DNA from: a virus
Taxonomy: Duplodnaviria; Caudoviricetes
DNA length: 46,431 nucleotides
IMG/VR virus record: IMGVR_UViG_3300020045_009074
Coordinates: 1 to 46,431 of that record
Reading direction: 5' to 3' (one strand)
The notes beneath the pieces were generated by a model. It saw only the letters and a list, made by a program, of their open reading frames with translations. It was not told the DNA's origin and did no database searches. Both the position numbers and the translations under genes were made by a program. Positions 29,001-38,604 of this stretch are shown here, piece by piece. Position 1 is the stretch's first letter, and every line of letters begins with the position of its first letter.

Positions 29001-29993
29001 TCTTCTACATGTTTTACATCAAAGACCACAAATGGCGGCTCAACTCCCGCCTCCCCTGAATCAGTTAGTGTGTGGATGCGTCAAGGTGTTGCTGGGCAAG
29101 CCTATGCGAATATCGCTGATTGGAAGCTTTCAAGAACTGCGAATGTAAGCACTAATGCAAATTCTAGGCTTACGCTTGGGTTAACAGGTGGGGCCGGAGA
29201 TTCGACAACCACCACCGTTATGACTTGGGATAACCTAAATGGCGTAACCTCGGCTGCGATTGCGGGTACTTTGAACGTTTCCAGCACTATCACTTCCACG
29301 GGTTTTCTTGGGCCGATTTCAATGGCCGATGAAACCAGCGATACCACTTGTTTTCCGATGTTTTCAACTGCGAGCGGCTCGCAAACTTCGCAGCCGAAAA
29401 CCGATCCAAATCTTACGTATAACTCGAGCACTGAAACGCTTGGGTTTACAAACGTGGCTTGCGACAACATCAACAATCGTCAGTTGGTACTCGATGCAAG
29501 CTGGACTGATGAGGGCGCAATTACATTTACTGGCGTAACGAGCAATCCAGGATATACCGCATCGACAAACAAGATTTTCTCGAAGCGTCTTGGCGATATT
29601 GTAATTCTTTGGTATCAATTCCAAATGTCGGCAACTGGCGCAATTGGCAGTGGTGACTATCTACTCAGTCTGCCTTACACCATGCATTCCGATATGCCGG
29701 TTTCAACAACTGCATCGGCAAGCGGCGAAAAAGTCGATTTTCCCAAATGCCAAATTGGCACAGGGTGGATTACAAATAATAGTGCGCGCGGTCAGATTCA
29801 AGCAATTGCTTACAGTACTACGAAATTTAGATTGGCAGCAACGGTAGCATTCAGTGGCTTGCGCATGTTCGGAAATGGATCGGCGGCAACTTATGACTTT
29901 GCCGCTGCAAACGTTGGGATCGGATTGCTGGTTATGTACCGCGTCAATAGTTGGGATCCTACGCAACGATTCTCATCGTTTACGGTCGCATAG
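26016..29993 (+). CDS. Long tail fibre / needle-fibre protein
   Basis: 1325 aa, Thr/Ser/Gly/Ala-rich with internal repeats, follows the gp10-like gene. Confidence 0.85.
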   Translation: MATPIPLNLFPSKVFIGGIENGKVDSQGRVTGNVLISNEFLRALQSLVERVGGASGTDTGGSVPAGTSGGVVGYVGTNELQSSALLNTNAIVLGGGSGATPTTPIGLGASNLVLHGNASGAPFWGIVTGADITPAALTKVDDTNVTLTLGGTPTEALIAATSLTLGWTGQLSGERGGTGVNNTGKTITLGGSLTTAGAFDATFTMTGATSVTFPTSGTLATVAATVTSITGTADQVLANGTSGSAEFGAVTLTLPQSIAATSSPTFTGLNLSGLTASKLVATDGSKNLSSADLTGDVTSSGLATTVVKINGVALGTTTATSGNLLIGSGTEWVTNAMSGDITINSTGVTAIGALKVTNAMIANSTIDLTTKVTGILPNANTTAASANTASAIVTRDSNGDFSARTITMQNFSVSFSGVVQPQITSTTSGSTNAADLVLQRGDVANGYCRIINRDSGGVLRWASGMFLGDSTYRINDQQNAIDVLTITAGATPITTIAGTVNLTGLTASSLVATDSSKNLTSSTSSLSPTFAGLTITGTGTVSESITTTTTGSANAALLKLTRGDQSNGFAQVRHFTGATENWRAGTMATSPDYVIYDAANSQRLLTATQGADNAAFVTIIPITTSSSTSTGSLINSGGFGNAGNAHIGGTIFAPKLTLNNAGSIASPAVGFLSDATGIYQYSAGELGFAANGTFVARMTDAMVQFAQPHILRLENIGTVSSGASNALNFVYVGGNGAQFFDADGSFTFFQNVKLDARTASQAVVTDASKNLASLEYTASNTASTLVLRDGSGNFSAGTITATLSGPASLVTTAADTSDTTAYVTFVNASSGNQAVKLNTNLIYNSSLGLFGNGGQPSYGFHAQGNDGNAIVCAEALVGGANLSAYLYCISSGSIKSIFGYRSLTGYTSIYHNGAWDQEFTGTQILLNKAAKITDTTASTSITTGSGIFAGGVGISGALFADTAAIKTGGNAAAYDTCYLQVGPQSSDIASYSPELSSTCFTSKTTNGGSTPASPESVSVWMRQGVAGQAYANIADWKLSRTANVSTNANSRLTLGLTGGAGDSTTTTVMTWDNLNGVTSAAIAGTLNVSSTITSTGFLGPISMADETSDTTCFPMFSTASGSQTSQPKTDPNLTYNSSTETLGFTNVACDNINNRQLVLDASWTDEGAITFTGVTSNPGYTASTNKIFSKRLGDIVILWYQFQMSATGAIGSGDYLLSLPYTMHSDMPVSTTASASGEKVDFPKCQIGTGWITNNSARGQIQAIAYSTTKFRLAATVAFSGLRMFGNGSAATYDFAAANVGIGLLVMYRVNSWDPTQRFSSFTVA

Positions 29994-30001
29994 GAGGCGA
30001 T

Positions 30002-30466
30002 ATGGCAACGCAAAACATGACATTTATTGAATTGCAGGGCAAGTATATTCAGACTTGCTACTACTACGCCGATAACATTTCGCCAGTTGATGATGTTGAA
30101 ACATTTTGTCTAATCGAAGCGGTTGAAAATAAACATCCTGATGCCGGTGGTAAAGATCAACCGAACTACATTCAGTCGATTACACAATGGAATCACCCAA
30201 GCCAGCAACCTACTGATCTTGAGCTGATGACTTTTAATGTCGACACTGTTGAAAAATATTGGCAAGCAAATGTTATTCAGCCGTCTGACATTAAGCAGAT
30301 TACTTACCCAAGTTATACGCAAGAAGAAATCGATAAGATCAGCACGAAAACATTATCGGAAGGCACGAATCCAATTTTTAATTCGTCGGTAAAGCGACTT
30401 CAAATTCTTATTGAAAATGAATGGCATGAAATTGTTACGAAACCAATCCTAAAGGGGGGGCTATGA
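30002..30466 (+). CDS. Putative fibre-associated/chaperone protein (XkdW-like motif)
   Basis: GGAGG RBS; ITQWNH...QPTD.ELM; paralog of the next gene. Confidence 0.55.
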   Translation: MATQNMTFIELQGKYIQTCYYYADNISPVDDVETFCLIEAVENKHPDAGGKDQPNYIQSITQWNHPSQQPTDLELMTFNVDTVEKYWQANVIQPSDIKQITYPSYTQEEIDKISTKTLSEGTNPIFNSSVKRLQILIENEWHEIVTKPILKGGL

Positions 30467-31251
30467 CGTTACTGGAATTGCAGGAAAATTATCTGAAGGC
30501 TTGTTTTTATTACGCGAGTTATGTGAACGGCTTCGATGCTCAGGTTGATGAAACCACTTTTTGCGAGATTGGGAGTGTTGAGAACGTTAATGCCGGGCAG
30601 CCAGGGGAGCCGAATAACCTTTACGTCATTACGACATGGAATCATTCAAGCGTGCAACCGACTGACGCGCAGTTAATGGCATATTCGGTTGCGCAGGTGC
30701 AGCAGTTTTGGCGTGTGATGGTTGACTTACCGACACTGATTAAGCTTAGTAGTCTGTTTAGAATTACTGAGGCCGAAAAAGTTCAGATCCACTCTTCAAA
30801 ATTAGAGGATGGATTCTTTATATTCAATGAAACGAACGATGGAATCGAAGTTTACGTGAATGGAGCATGGAAATCCTTGGAGTTTTCTGGTAGTGCCCTA
30901 TCCGTATATGTCGGGTCGGCTAGCAATGAATCGGTGTTAAAAATTAGTCCGAAATTTCTATGCACGACCGCAACCGTAAGTAATGGTGTTGCTGTATTCA
31001 ATCTCACAGTGGATGGATTGGCGAATGGCGATGCTATTTTTGCAAATATCTATGACCAGTCGGTTAGATTTGAAATTAACAACGCGACCCATTCATATCG
31101 ATGGAGTTGGACTATTTCAGCCGACAAGAAAACCCTGACGGCCACCGTGAATCAAGCAACATCGGTTTCAATATTGGGTATTCAGGTTTTGGGCGGATTG
31201 GCGCAAGCAACAAACGGAACTATCGTGAGATTGAATGTTTGCGGAGATTGA
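30463..31251 (+). CDS. Putative fibre-associated protein with a C-terminal beta domain
   Basis: ITTWNH...QPTDAQLM; GGGGG RBS. Confidence 0.55.
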   Translation: MTLLELQENYLKACFYYASYVNGFDAQVDETTFCEIGSVENVNAGQPGEPNNLYVITTWNHSSVQPTDAQLMAYSVAQVQQFWRVMVDLPTLIKLSSLFRITEAEKVQIHSSKLEDGFFIFNETNDGIEVYVNGAWKSLEFSGSALSVYVGSASNESVLKISPKFLCTTATVSNGVAVFNLTVDGLANGDAIFANIYDQSVRFEINNATHSYRWSWTISADKKTLTATVNQATSVSILGIQVLGGLAQATNGTIVRLNVCGD

Positions 31252-31339
31252 ATGTAAATCCCGGCAAATTGCCTAAATAGCTTAAATCGAGTAATATCGC
31301 TAAGCCAATTCGGTAATTTACTTAATTTTAGGAATAAAT

Positions 31340-31633
31340 ATGGATTTTAATTTCAAACTTTCACAAGACAAATCGAATGTATTAGTCGAGGCATTGAATA
31401 CTGATATTCGAGTTCGCACAGCATTGATTGTGGAATTGAATCAGCAAGCTAATGACCAATTCCAAGCCGCACAGAAAGCGCAAAAGGGTAATGTGGCAGT
31501 TGCGCAAGCTGAACCAGAAGGTAAGTCTCAAGAAGCTGTTGCGCAAGCGCAAGTTACTAAAAAAGCTTATACCGGAAAACCACGCGGCCCGAAGAAAAAA
31601 ATTAAAGTTGCCGAAGCCGTTACTGTGCAGTAA
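31340..31633 (+). CDS. Hypothetical protein with a basic tail
   Basis: AGGA RBS, followed by a terminator. Confidence 0.6.
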   Translation: MDFNFKLSQDKSNVLVEALNTDIRVRTALIVELNQQANDQFQAAQKAQKGNVAVAQAEPEGKSQEAVAQAQVTKKAYTGKPRGPKKKIKVAEAVTVQ

Positions 31634-31651
31634 TCAGTTTCAACCCAAATC

Positions 31652-31676
31652 AAACCGCCCTCGTGGCGGTTTTTTT
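31652..31676 (+). terminator. Intrinsic terminator
   Basis: AAACCGCC CTCGT GGCGGTTT + T-tract. Confidence 0.85.
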
Positions 31677-31702
31677 ACGCCTATTTATTTTGGGATCAAA
31701 GT

Positions 31703-32161
31703 TTGATTACTTACCAAGTCGAAAAATGGGGTGCCATTGTTGATGAATTGTTACCTTTGTTTGAAAGGCATTACGAAGAGGTCGGACAAAAATCATTGCC
31801 TCTTGATATTGATTACGAAAAATATCGAATGATGGCTTATGCGGGGATTTTGCATGTAACGACCGTTCGCTATGAACGTAAATTGGTGGGTTACAACCTA
31901 ACTATTCTTACGGGTGGATTGCACTACAAATCGTCGTTGCAAGCATTTAACGACATGCATTATTTGCTTCCCGAGTACCGAAAAGGCTACACATGGAGCA
32001 AATTGCTGGATTTTTTTGAAAAAGAGATGGTTGCGTTAGGCGTGAAATTGACCTTGACAGGGGTAAAAGCGATCAATGGCAAGTTCCCAAAAAGAAAAAT
32101 ATTAGAACGTCGAGGTTACGAGGCGTCTGAAATGCTATTTATAAAAAAAATTGGGGGTTAA
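31703..32161 (+). CDS. GNAT-fold protein preceding the ejection genes
   Basis: LVGY...HY......D..YLLPEYRKG...L. Confidence 0.7.
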   Translation: MITYQVEKWGAIVDELLPLFERHYEEVGQKSLPLDIDYEKYRMMAYAGILHVTTVRYERKLVGYNLTILTGGLHYKSSLQAFNDMHYLLPEYRKGYTWSKLLDFFEKEMVALGVKLTLTGVKAINGKFPKRKILERRGYEASEMLFIKKIGG

Positions 32162-32840
32162 TATGGAAATTGCCGGCTCTTTGATTGGTGGGCTGTTTGC
32201 GTCTGATGCAGCAGAAAATGCGGCTGATACTCAGGCTCAATCTGAAAGGGAGAGTCTTGCTTTAAAAAAGCAAATGTATGAGCAACAACGGATTGATGCT
32301 GCGCCATTTCGCGAATTGAGTATTAGCGCGCTCGATCCATTAAAAGCGCTTGCAGGATTGTCGAGTACACAAACGCCGCAGCAAGTCATGATGCAAGACC
32401 CTGGCTATCAATGGCGGTTTGATGAAGGTAATAGAGGGATTCAATCGTCTGCGCTTTCCAAAGGGTTGCTGCAATCTGGACGAACCGCCAAAGATTTATT
32501 GAAATATTCCCAAGGATTAGCATCACAGGAATATGGCAATACATTCAATCGTCTTTCTGGACTTGCGGGCATTGGGCAATCTGCGGTCAATAGTGGTAAT
32601 GCTTATGGCGCGAACTATGCCAATGCAGCGGGAGATTCGATGACAGGCGCGGCAAATGCGCGTGCGAGCGGATATATCGGTTCAGGAAATGCGATTAATA
32701 GCGCGATTGGTCAAGGGATTAATAGTTACAACCAGAATGAATGGATGAAACGATTGCCGCCCGCACAAAACGATTCATCTTGGAACCCAAGTAATTTTTA
32801 CCAATTCGCTAATAACTACACTCCCGAAAATTACGGTTAA
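32151..32840 (+). CDS. DNA ejection protein (P22 gp7-like; start likely 32163)
   Basis: GSLIGG..AS.AA..AA..Q, DPGYQ.R...G, SA..KG.L.SG. Confidence 0.8.
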   Translation: MGVNMEIAGSLIGGLFASDAAENAADTQAQSERESLALKKQMYEQQRIDAAPFRELSISALDPLKALAGLSSTQTPQQVMMQDPGYQWRFDEGNRGIQSSALSKGLLQSGRTAKDLLKYSQGLASQEYGNTFNRLSGLAGIGQSAVNSGNAYGANYANAAGDSMTGAANARASGYIGSGNAINSAIGQGINSYNQNEWMKRLPPAQNDSSWNPSNFYQFANNYTPENYG

Positions 32841-32849
32841 GGATTAACT

Positions 32850-34091
32850 ATGCCAATCAACCCATCTATTGCATTGCAAGGTCGTCTACCTCAATTCGAC
32901 AATCCGCTCGATACTTACGCAAAAATTTCTCAACTCCAAGGCGCGCAATCTCAAAATAAGTTGGCCGACTTGATGTACCGAGAAAAGGAGCGCGGTATTG
33001 CCGATGAATCAGCATTTAGAAATGCGCTTACGCAAGCGATGTCTAGCGGGAAATTTGACGAAAATTCGACAGCAGACCTGTACAAAGCATCGCCTGGATT
33101 AACTAATGCTTTTTTGAAGTCGCAGCAAGATATACAAAAGGCGAAAATGGAGCGCGCCAAAGAATATCTTACCCTCGCTAAGGGATATGCAACGCGTGTA
33201 ATGGCAAACCCAACAACCGAGAGCGCTATTGCCGCGTTAACTGAGCTTCAAAATCAAAGCGGGATGGATCAATCAGCCGAGATTGCAAGGGTTAATGCAA
33301 TGCAAGGTAACCCTGATGCTATTCGGCAATGGGCTACAGGGCACTCTGTCGAAGCGGATAAAATGTTGCCTAAGTTTGAAAAGTTTGAAACTGGCGGCGG
33401 CGTAAGCCTCGGAACAGTGAATCCTCTTACTGGGCAATACACGCAACAACAATCCGTACAAAAGACACAATCGCCGGATTCGATTGCGAGTAACGCGATA
33501 TCGCGAGCCAATGCGGGGATGGTTGATGCGCGCATGAAGGAAGCCAATCAAGTCGCACGCGAGGCCAATGACACTAAGCGAGTCCAAGATTTGGAAATGA
33601 AAATCGGGGATGATTATCGCAACCAATCCAAAAACTTCAAAGATGTGAGCGATGCTTATAAACGGGTGCAATCGGCATTGCCGAGCGCCGAAACATCGCC
33701 GGCTGCAACTTTAGCCGCCGCAACTAGCTTTATGAAGTTACTTGATCCGGGTTCTGTTGTACGCGAAACCGAACTGGGCATGGCTTTGGCGGCATCGGGA
33801 GTTTTTGATCGGGCCACAAATTATTTTAATACCTTACAGCGCGGGCGTGTTTTGACGGGAAATCAAGTCAAAGACTTTAAAAAAATCACCGAAGATATTT
33901 ATGCTGCGGCACAACAAGGGCAAAAACTTATTGACAAAAATTATGAAGCTCAAGCCAAGCAATATAAATTGCGACCAGAAATGATTATTCAGGACATTGG
34001 GCAAAATGCGCGCTCAATTGTGCGCACTGGAATGAGTAATGGGAAGAAGGTTGTTCAATATTCTGATGGATCGGTCGAATATGCCAATTAA
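32850..34091 (+). CDS. DNA ejection protein (gp20 position)
   Basis: MPINPSIAL, Gln/Ala-rich helical, KLLDPGSVVRE.E. Confidence 0.7.
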   Translation: MPINPSIALQGRLPQFDNPLDTYAKISQLQGAQSQNKLADLMYREKERGIADESAFRNALTQAMSSGKFDENSTADLYKASPGLTNAFLKSQQDIQKAKMERAKEYLTLAKGYATRVMANPTTESAIAALTELQNQSGMDQSAEIARVNAMQGNPDAIRQWATGHSVEADKMLPKFEKFETGGGVSLGTVNPLTGQYTQQQSVQKTQSPDSIASNAISRANAGMVDARMKEANQVAREANDTKRVQDLEMKIGDDYRNQSKNFKDVSDAYKRVQSALPSAETSPAATLAAATSFMKLLDPGSVVRETELGMALAASGVFDRATNYFNTLQRGRVLTGNQVKDFKKITEDIYAAAQQGQKLIDKNYEAQAKQYKLRPEMIIQDIGQNARSIVRTGMSNGKKVVQYSDGSVEYAN

Positions 34092-36177
34092 TCCAAATGA
34101 AGTGAAGTGGGATGCCCCAGAAAAAATAGATCCATCCAAAGTGAAATGGGATAATGAACCGCCAAAAAAAATAAATACTTTAGATCGCGTTAAAGCCGCA
34201 TCGGCGGGTATGGGGCGAGGTGCCATAGATTTAGCCGGATTGCCAGTCGATGCTATGGCTAATACCATTGATTTAGGGAAAGCATTGGTTGGCGGTATTG
34301 GGAAATTTTCCGGGTTATTAACTACCGATCAAATGCCAACGATTGCAGATCGCAAAACAATTCCCGGTTCATCTGAATGGATTGCCGCAAAAGCCAATGA
34401 TTTAGGCGCAGGTGGTGTAATCAATAATCCGAATCCACAGGATAAATGGTCGAGAATCTTATATGCTGGTGGCCGTGGTGCAGGCGCATCAATTATTCCA
34501 AGCCCAAGAGCGCTTGTATCGGGCGGACAGCAATTAGCAAATGCAGGTGCCGGTGCAACAAGTGGGTTAATTGGCGGGGCGGTTGCCGAAACGCCAGCAT
34601 CAGAATATGCAACAGTCGCATCAATGCTCCCTCAATTATTGGCTAAAGGTGCATCTTCAGCGGTAAAGAGATCGGTTCGCGGTGACGAATCTGGCCGCCA
34701 GCAAATGGCGCAACGATTGCAGGATTTAGCCAATGCAGGTGTTGAAAATCCTACTGTCGGTTTGGCATCAGGCAATAAATTGGCTATGGGCGTTGAAAAC
34801 CTATTAGCCAAAACGCCGGGCTCTATGGGGCCAATGGAACGCTCTAGAGAGGCTATGCGTGAAGGCTTGCAAGGGAAAATCAATTCCACAAGAGATTTGG
34901 CTTCGTTGGCTTATGGGGCAGATACCGCAGGACGATCAATCCAAAAAGATTTAAAAGGGAATTCAAACTCACCGGGTCTACAAAGCTTAAAGGAGAGAAT
35001 CCAAGGAACTTATCAGAATTTGGCCGACAAAATCGACACTACTGTTCCGCAAGATGCGCGCTTTCCTATCAACGCAACGTTGGGCGCTCTTAATCAAGCC
35101 ACAAATGTGAATCCACTTGCGCCTAAGTCAACAGAATTTTTTGTGCAAAGTCGATTGTCTGATTTGGCGAATCGAATTAAATCAGACACAACGGCATCTG
35201 AACCAGGAATTTATCAGCAACGCCCAGTCAATATTGGTTTGCCATTGTCGGCAATGAAGGAAATTAGAACCGGCATCGGCAAAGAGGCGGCATCAACGCT
35301 AATCAGCGGAACACCCGAACAAGCGGAATTTAAAAATTTGTATGGCGGATTATCTTCGGATATGGCAAATGCGGCAGGCATGGCGGATCGCGCAAAAGCG
35401 GGAGTGCCCGTGGGCCCATTGCAGTATAGCGATCAAGTCGCAGGAAACGCTTTAAACCGCGCGAATGATTTTTATCATGCTGGAATGAACCGTATTGATC
35501 GCGTACAACCTTTTGCAAACAAAGAAGCGCCCGAGCAAGCTTATACCTCATTGATCCAATCTGGAAAAGAGAATGTATCAACCTTACGCGCGGTTAAAAA
35601 GAGCATATCTGAAGAGACTCGATCAAAAATTGCCGCGACAACGATCGACCGTTTAGGACGTGCTAACCCAAGCAATCAAGATGATTTAGGAGAAAACTGG
35701 TCGCCTGAACGGTTTTTGACGAACTGGACTACTTTGAAACCAAAAGCTCGCGAAGAATTATTTTCTGGGTTTGGGAATGCGCAAGAAGTCAAGGCCGCGT
35801 TGGATGATGTCGCGCGTGCTGCAAGCATGTTGAGAACCAGCGATAAGGTTTTCTCTAATCCATCTGGTACGGCTTCTAATACAGCGGCTCGTAATTTGTT
35901 GGGTGGTGCAGCGGGCGCGGGCGGTATTATTGGCGGAGTCCCAGGCGCAGCAATTGGAGTCGGGTTAACTAGCGGCGCTATGGGCGGTTTGAATTCATTG
36001 GCGCGATTGATGAGCGGTGAGCCCATTATGGGAATGCAAACCAATGCGAACCAATGGTTGAGCCAAAGAAATGCGCCTACACCGCAATCAAATGCCAATA
36101 TGCAATCTCAATTGCAAATTATGTTGCAACAACTCGCCTCACAAAAACAAGCACGCGATCCTAGAAATTACGAATGA
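34081..36177 (+). CDS. Large DNA ejection protein (gp16 position)
   Basis: Repeated VKWD N-terminus, Gly/Ala-rich hydrophobic stretches, third gene of the ejection block. Confidence 0.7.
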   Translation: MPINPNEVKWDAPEKIDPSKVKWDNEPPKKINTLDRVKAASAGMGRGAIDLAGLPVDAMANTIDLGKALVGGIGKFSGLLTTDQMPTIADRKTIPGSSEWIAAKANDLGAGGVINNPNPQDKWSRILYAGGRGAGASIIPSPRALVSGGQQLANAGAGATSGLIGGAVAETPASEYATVASMLPQLLAKGASSAVKRSVRGDESGRQQMAQRLQDLANAGVENPTVGLASGNKLAMGVENLLAKTPGSMGPMERSREAMREGLQGKINSTRDLASLAYGADTAGRSIQKDLKGNSNSPGLQSLKERIQGTYQNLADKIDTTVPQDARFPINATLGALNQATNVNPLAPKSTEFFVQSRLSDLANRIKSDTTASEPGIYQQRPVNIGLPLSAMKEIRTGIGKEAASTLISGTPEQAEFKNLYGGLSSDMANAAGMADRAKAGVPVGPLQYSDQVAGNALNRANDFYHAGMNRIDRVQPFANKEAPEQAYTSLIQSGKENVSTLRAVKKSISEETRSKIAATTIDRLGRANPSNQDDLGENWSPERFLTNWTTLKPKAREELFSGFGNAQEVKAALDDVARAASMLRTSDKVFSNPSGTASNTAARNLLGGAAGAGGIIGGVPGAAIGVGLTSGAMGGLNSLARLMSGEPIMGMQTNANQWLSQRNAPTPQSNANMQSQLQIMLQQLASQKQARDPRNYE

Positions 36178-36331
36178 ACAAATAAATGCCGGTGGCGATG
36201 AGCCCAATAATAAAGATTGGCAATCCAATAAATAAAATTGGCATCATGATTTGTGAGGCAAGACTCACTTTATTTGAATTGTATAAAGGTTGACCGGCGG
36301 ATGGCCGATTGTCGTATTGAGGTAATTTCAT
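36161..36331 (-). CDS. Small reverse-strand membrane protein (possible superinfection exclusion)
   Basis: C-terminal TM helix, AAGGA RBS, position analogous to P22 sieA. Confidence 0.45.
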   Translation of the reverse strand: MKLPQYDNRPSAGQPLYNSNKVSLASQIMMPILFIGLPIFIIGLIATGIYLFIRNF

Positions 36332-36384
36332 AACTAATATCCTTTTCCCCTTCATTGGGGATTTTTCATTTTAGGGGAACAAAA

Positions 36385-37320
36385 ATGGCAGGTGGAATCG
36401 TAGTAAGTCCGGTATTTCAATTTTGTGGCGCTGATGGCCTGCCAATTTCTGGCGGCTTAGTTTATACGTATTTGGCTGGAACGACAACAGAAACAGAAAC
36501 TTGGCAAGATGAAGCTTTGTCCGATGAAAACACAAATCCAATTGAATTGGATGTTAATGGACGTTGCATTATTTGGGGTGAGTCATTGACCAGTTATAAA
36601 TTAGTCGTTCACGATGCTGATGATGTATTAGTTGTTGGTGCCGGTGCAGATAATGTTACATGCTTTGCTATGGAAACGTTAGTGACCGATACTCAACTAT
36701 CTACTGAGCTAGAGGAATATGCTCGCTTAGATGGTGCCGCGTTTACTGGCGCAGTAACGTTTGCTGGGGCAGCGACATTTAACGACCCCGTAACAGTTAA
36801 TGATACAGCAACATTCGTCGGCGCAGTAACGCTTCCGACGGCTACCACAATCGGGGGAGTTAATCCTCAAGCATCAAGAACTCAATCATTTCATACGCCC
36901 GGTACTTTTTCTTATGTGGCAAAAGCTACAACGACTTACATAACTGGGTCTGGTGGGGGCTCTGGTGGGGCATCTTCCGGTGGTGGTGCTGGTGGTGGTG
37001 CAGATGCAATAATTAAATATGGGGTTACGACAGTAGTCGGTACTACTTATACTGTAACCGTAGGTGCTGGCGGTGCTATAAACGGTGCCGGTGGGACAAC
37101 ATCTTTTGGTTCCCTCCTTGTATTGGCCGGCGGTCAGGCCCCATCCGGGGCAACCGATGGCGGAGAAGGAGGCCCAGGAGGGTCGCCGGGTGATAGCGGT
37201 ACAGGGGGCGGAAGTATGTTTGGCGCTCCCGCAACTCAAGCAATGACGGGTAGGCTTTATGGTGGAGGCGGAACTCCAAATAAAGCCGGCGCTCAAGGCT
37301 TCTTGATCGCGGAATGGTAA
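36385..37320 (+). CDS. Tailspike-type head-binding domain plus glycine-rich domain
   Basis: G.PISGG.VYTY.AGT......D......NTNPI.LD..GR; Gly-rich C-terminus. Confidence 0.75.
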   Translation: MAGGIVVSPVFQFCGADGLPISGGLVYTYLAGTTTETETWQDEALSDENTNPIELDVNGRCIIWGESLTSYKLVVHDADDVLVVGAGADNVTCFAMETLVTDTQLSTELEEYARLDGAAFTGAVTFAGAATFNDPVTVNDTATFVGAVTLPTATTIGGVNPQASRTQSFHTPGTFSYVAKATTTYITGSGGGSGGASSGGGAGGGADAIIKYGVTTVVGTTYTVTVGAGGAINGAGGTTSFGSLLVLAGGQAPSGATDGGEGGPGGSPGDSGTGGGSMFGAPATQAMTGRLYGGGGTPNKAGAQGFLIAEW

Positions 37321-37736
37321 TGATGGATTTTTTTCTAAAGCGCAAGCACGGCACAAAAGGTTTTACGATTGGCCCATTATCGACCAAAGAAGGCGGTTAT
37401 ATTTGCTATATCTTGGAAGACGAAGAGCGTCCAATAAAAATACAAAATAAAACCGCTATTCCTTGTGGGCGCTATCAAATCATCATCAATCATTCAACGC
37501 GCTTTAATCGATTACTACCCTTGTTGCTTGATGTGCCGGGTTATACCGGCATTCGAATTCATAACGGTAGGCCAGTGACTACAGCGGCTGATACGAGCGG
37601 GTGCTTATTGCCTGGCGCTGACCCGAACTATAAAAAAGGCACTCTCGTTCGTTCAGATTACATTTTTGAGATAATTTTTAACTTAATCGATAAAGCGATT
37701 AAAGGCGGCGAGGAAGTATGGATCACGATTACATGA
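37314..37736 (+). CDS. Putative endolysin (DUF5675, L,D-peptidase-like)
   Basis: LED..R..KI..KTAIP.GRY, VPG.TGIRIH.G....DT.GCLL.G; precedes holin and spanins. Confidence 0.8.
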   Translation: MVMMDFFLKRKHGTKGFTIGPLSTKEGGYICYILEDEERPIKIQNKTAIPCGRYQIIINHSTRFNRLLPLLLDVPGYTGIRIHNGRPVTTAADTSGCLLPGADPNYKKGTLVRSDYIFEIIFNLIDKAIKGGEEVWITIT

Positions 37737-38023
37737 ATTGGTTGTTGTTAGGGTCATTTGTCGCAATGATTTTGATTGTGTTTACGAGTCTTTTTATTAA
37801 AAACCATAGTAACAATAGTCAAATCTGCTTTGATGATTTATTGCTGGGCGCGGATGGCCGTATTAGCAAAACGGCGTGCGTGATGCTGGGTGCATTTGCG
37901 GTGACGACGTGGCTCTTGATCTATAAGGAGATAAACGGGAGCTCAAGTGAGGTTTATTTTACGTTGTACTGTGCGGCTTGGGTGACGCCAACGGTCACGA
38001 AAATCATCAAAGGAGAGCCATGA
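37718..38023 (+). CDS. Putative holin
   Basis: Three hydrophobic segments, in the lysis cassette. Confidence 0.65.
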   Translation: MDHDYMNWLLLGSFVAMILIVFTSLFIKNHSNNSQICFDDLLLGADGRISKTACVMLGAFAVTTWLLIYKEINGSSSEVYFTLYCAAWVTPTVTKIIKGEP

Positions 38024-38604
38024 TGTTTAATTTTGAAAATTTAACTGAGCGCATCTTTGGTGTGATTAGTGTTTGTGCGATCTGCCTGGGGATTGGGTTT
38101 ATGACTGGGTATTTGGTAAAGCGGAAAAGTTGTGAATGGGAAAAACAAATCACGAAAATTGAAGCGCAAAAGGCATTGATCGATTCCAATCAAAAGGTGC
38201 GTGAAGTTGAAAAGAACTTGGCGGTATCGATCAATGACCAATCAAAAATAGAGAGGATGGCTAAAAGTGAACAAAAAAAGCATGCTACTGTTGTGTCTAA
38301 GTTGCGGTCTGGTTATGGGTTGCGCGTCTCAATCGACAAGAATGCCGGTGTTTCAAGATTGTCCGACGATGCCGCCGATTCCAATGGAAGTCATGAAACC
38401 AGTGCAACCGGATTTCTTGGAGAAGCTGACGCGGCGTTTCTTATTGCCGAAGCCGACCGCGCCAACGCCGTTGTCATCCAACTAACGCATTGTCAGGATG
38501 TTTTGCAAAAGACATTCAATGCACTTAGTTACCCCTTAGATTTAGATTATTTGCGTATCTCAACATCCGGCAGGATAGCGAGCGGTTTAAACACTACACG
38601 ATAG
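38020..38604 (+). CDS. Rz-like inner-membrane spanin
   Basis: AGGAG RBS, N-terminal TM, coiled coil, GLRV, AD.......L..CQ. Confidence 0.75.
   Translation: MMFNFENLTERIFGVISVCAICLGIGFMTGYLVKRKSCEWEKQITKIEAQKALIDSNQKVREVEKNLAVSINDQSKIERMAKSEQKKHATVVSKLRSGYGLRVSIDKNAGVSRLSDDAADSNGSHETSATGFLGEADAAFLIAEADRANAVVIQLTHCQDVLQKTFNALSYPLDLDYLRISTSGRIASGLNTTR
38267..38485 (+). CDS. Rz1-like outer-membrane spanin embedded in Rz
   Basis: GAGGA RBS, lipobox LVMGC, Pro-rich CP..PP.P. Confidence 0.8.
   Translation: MNKKSMLLLCLSCGLVMGCASQSTRMPVFQDCPTMPPIPMEVMKPVQPDFLEKLTRRFLLPKPTAPTPLSSN

Noticed and set aside
26093-29966. Long antisense ORFs within the tail fibre gene
   Set aside because: Shadow frames caused by Thr/Gly/Ala codon bias
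26016-31251. Diversity-generating retroelement acting on the fibre
   Set aside because: No reverse transcriptase recognised and no adenine-mismatched TR/VR pair noticed
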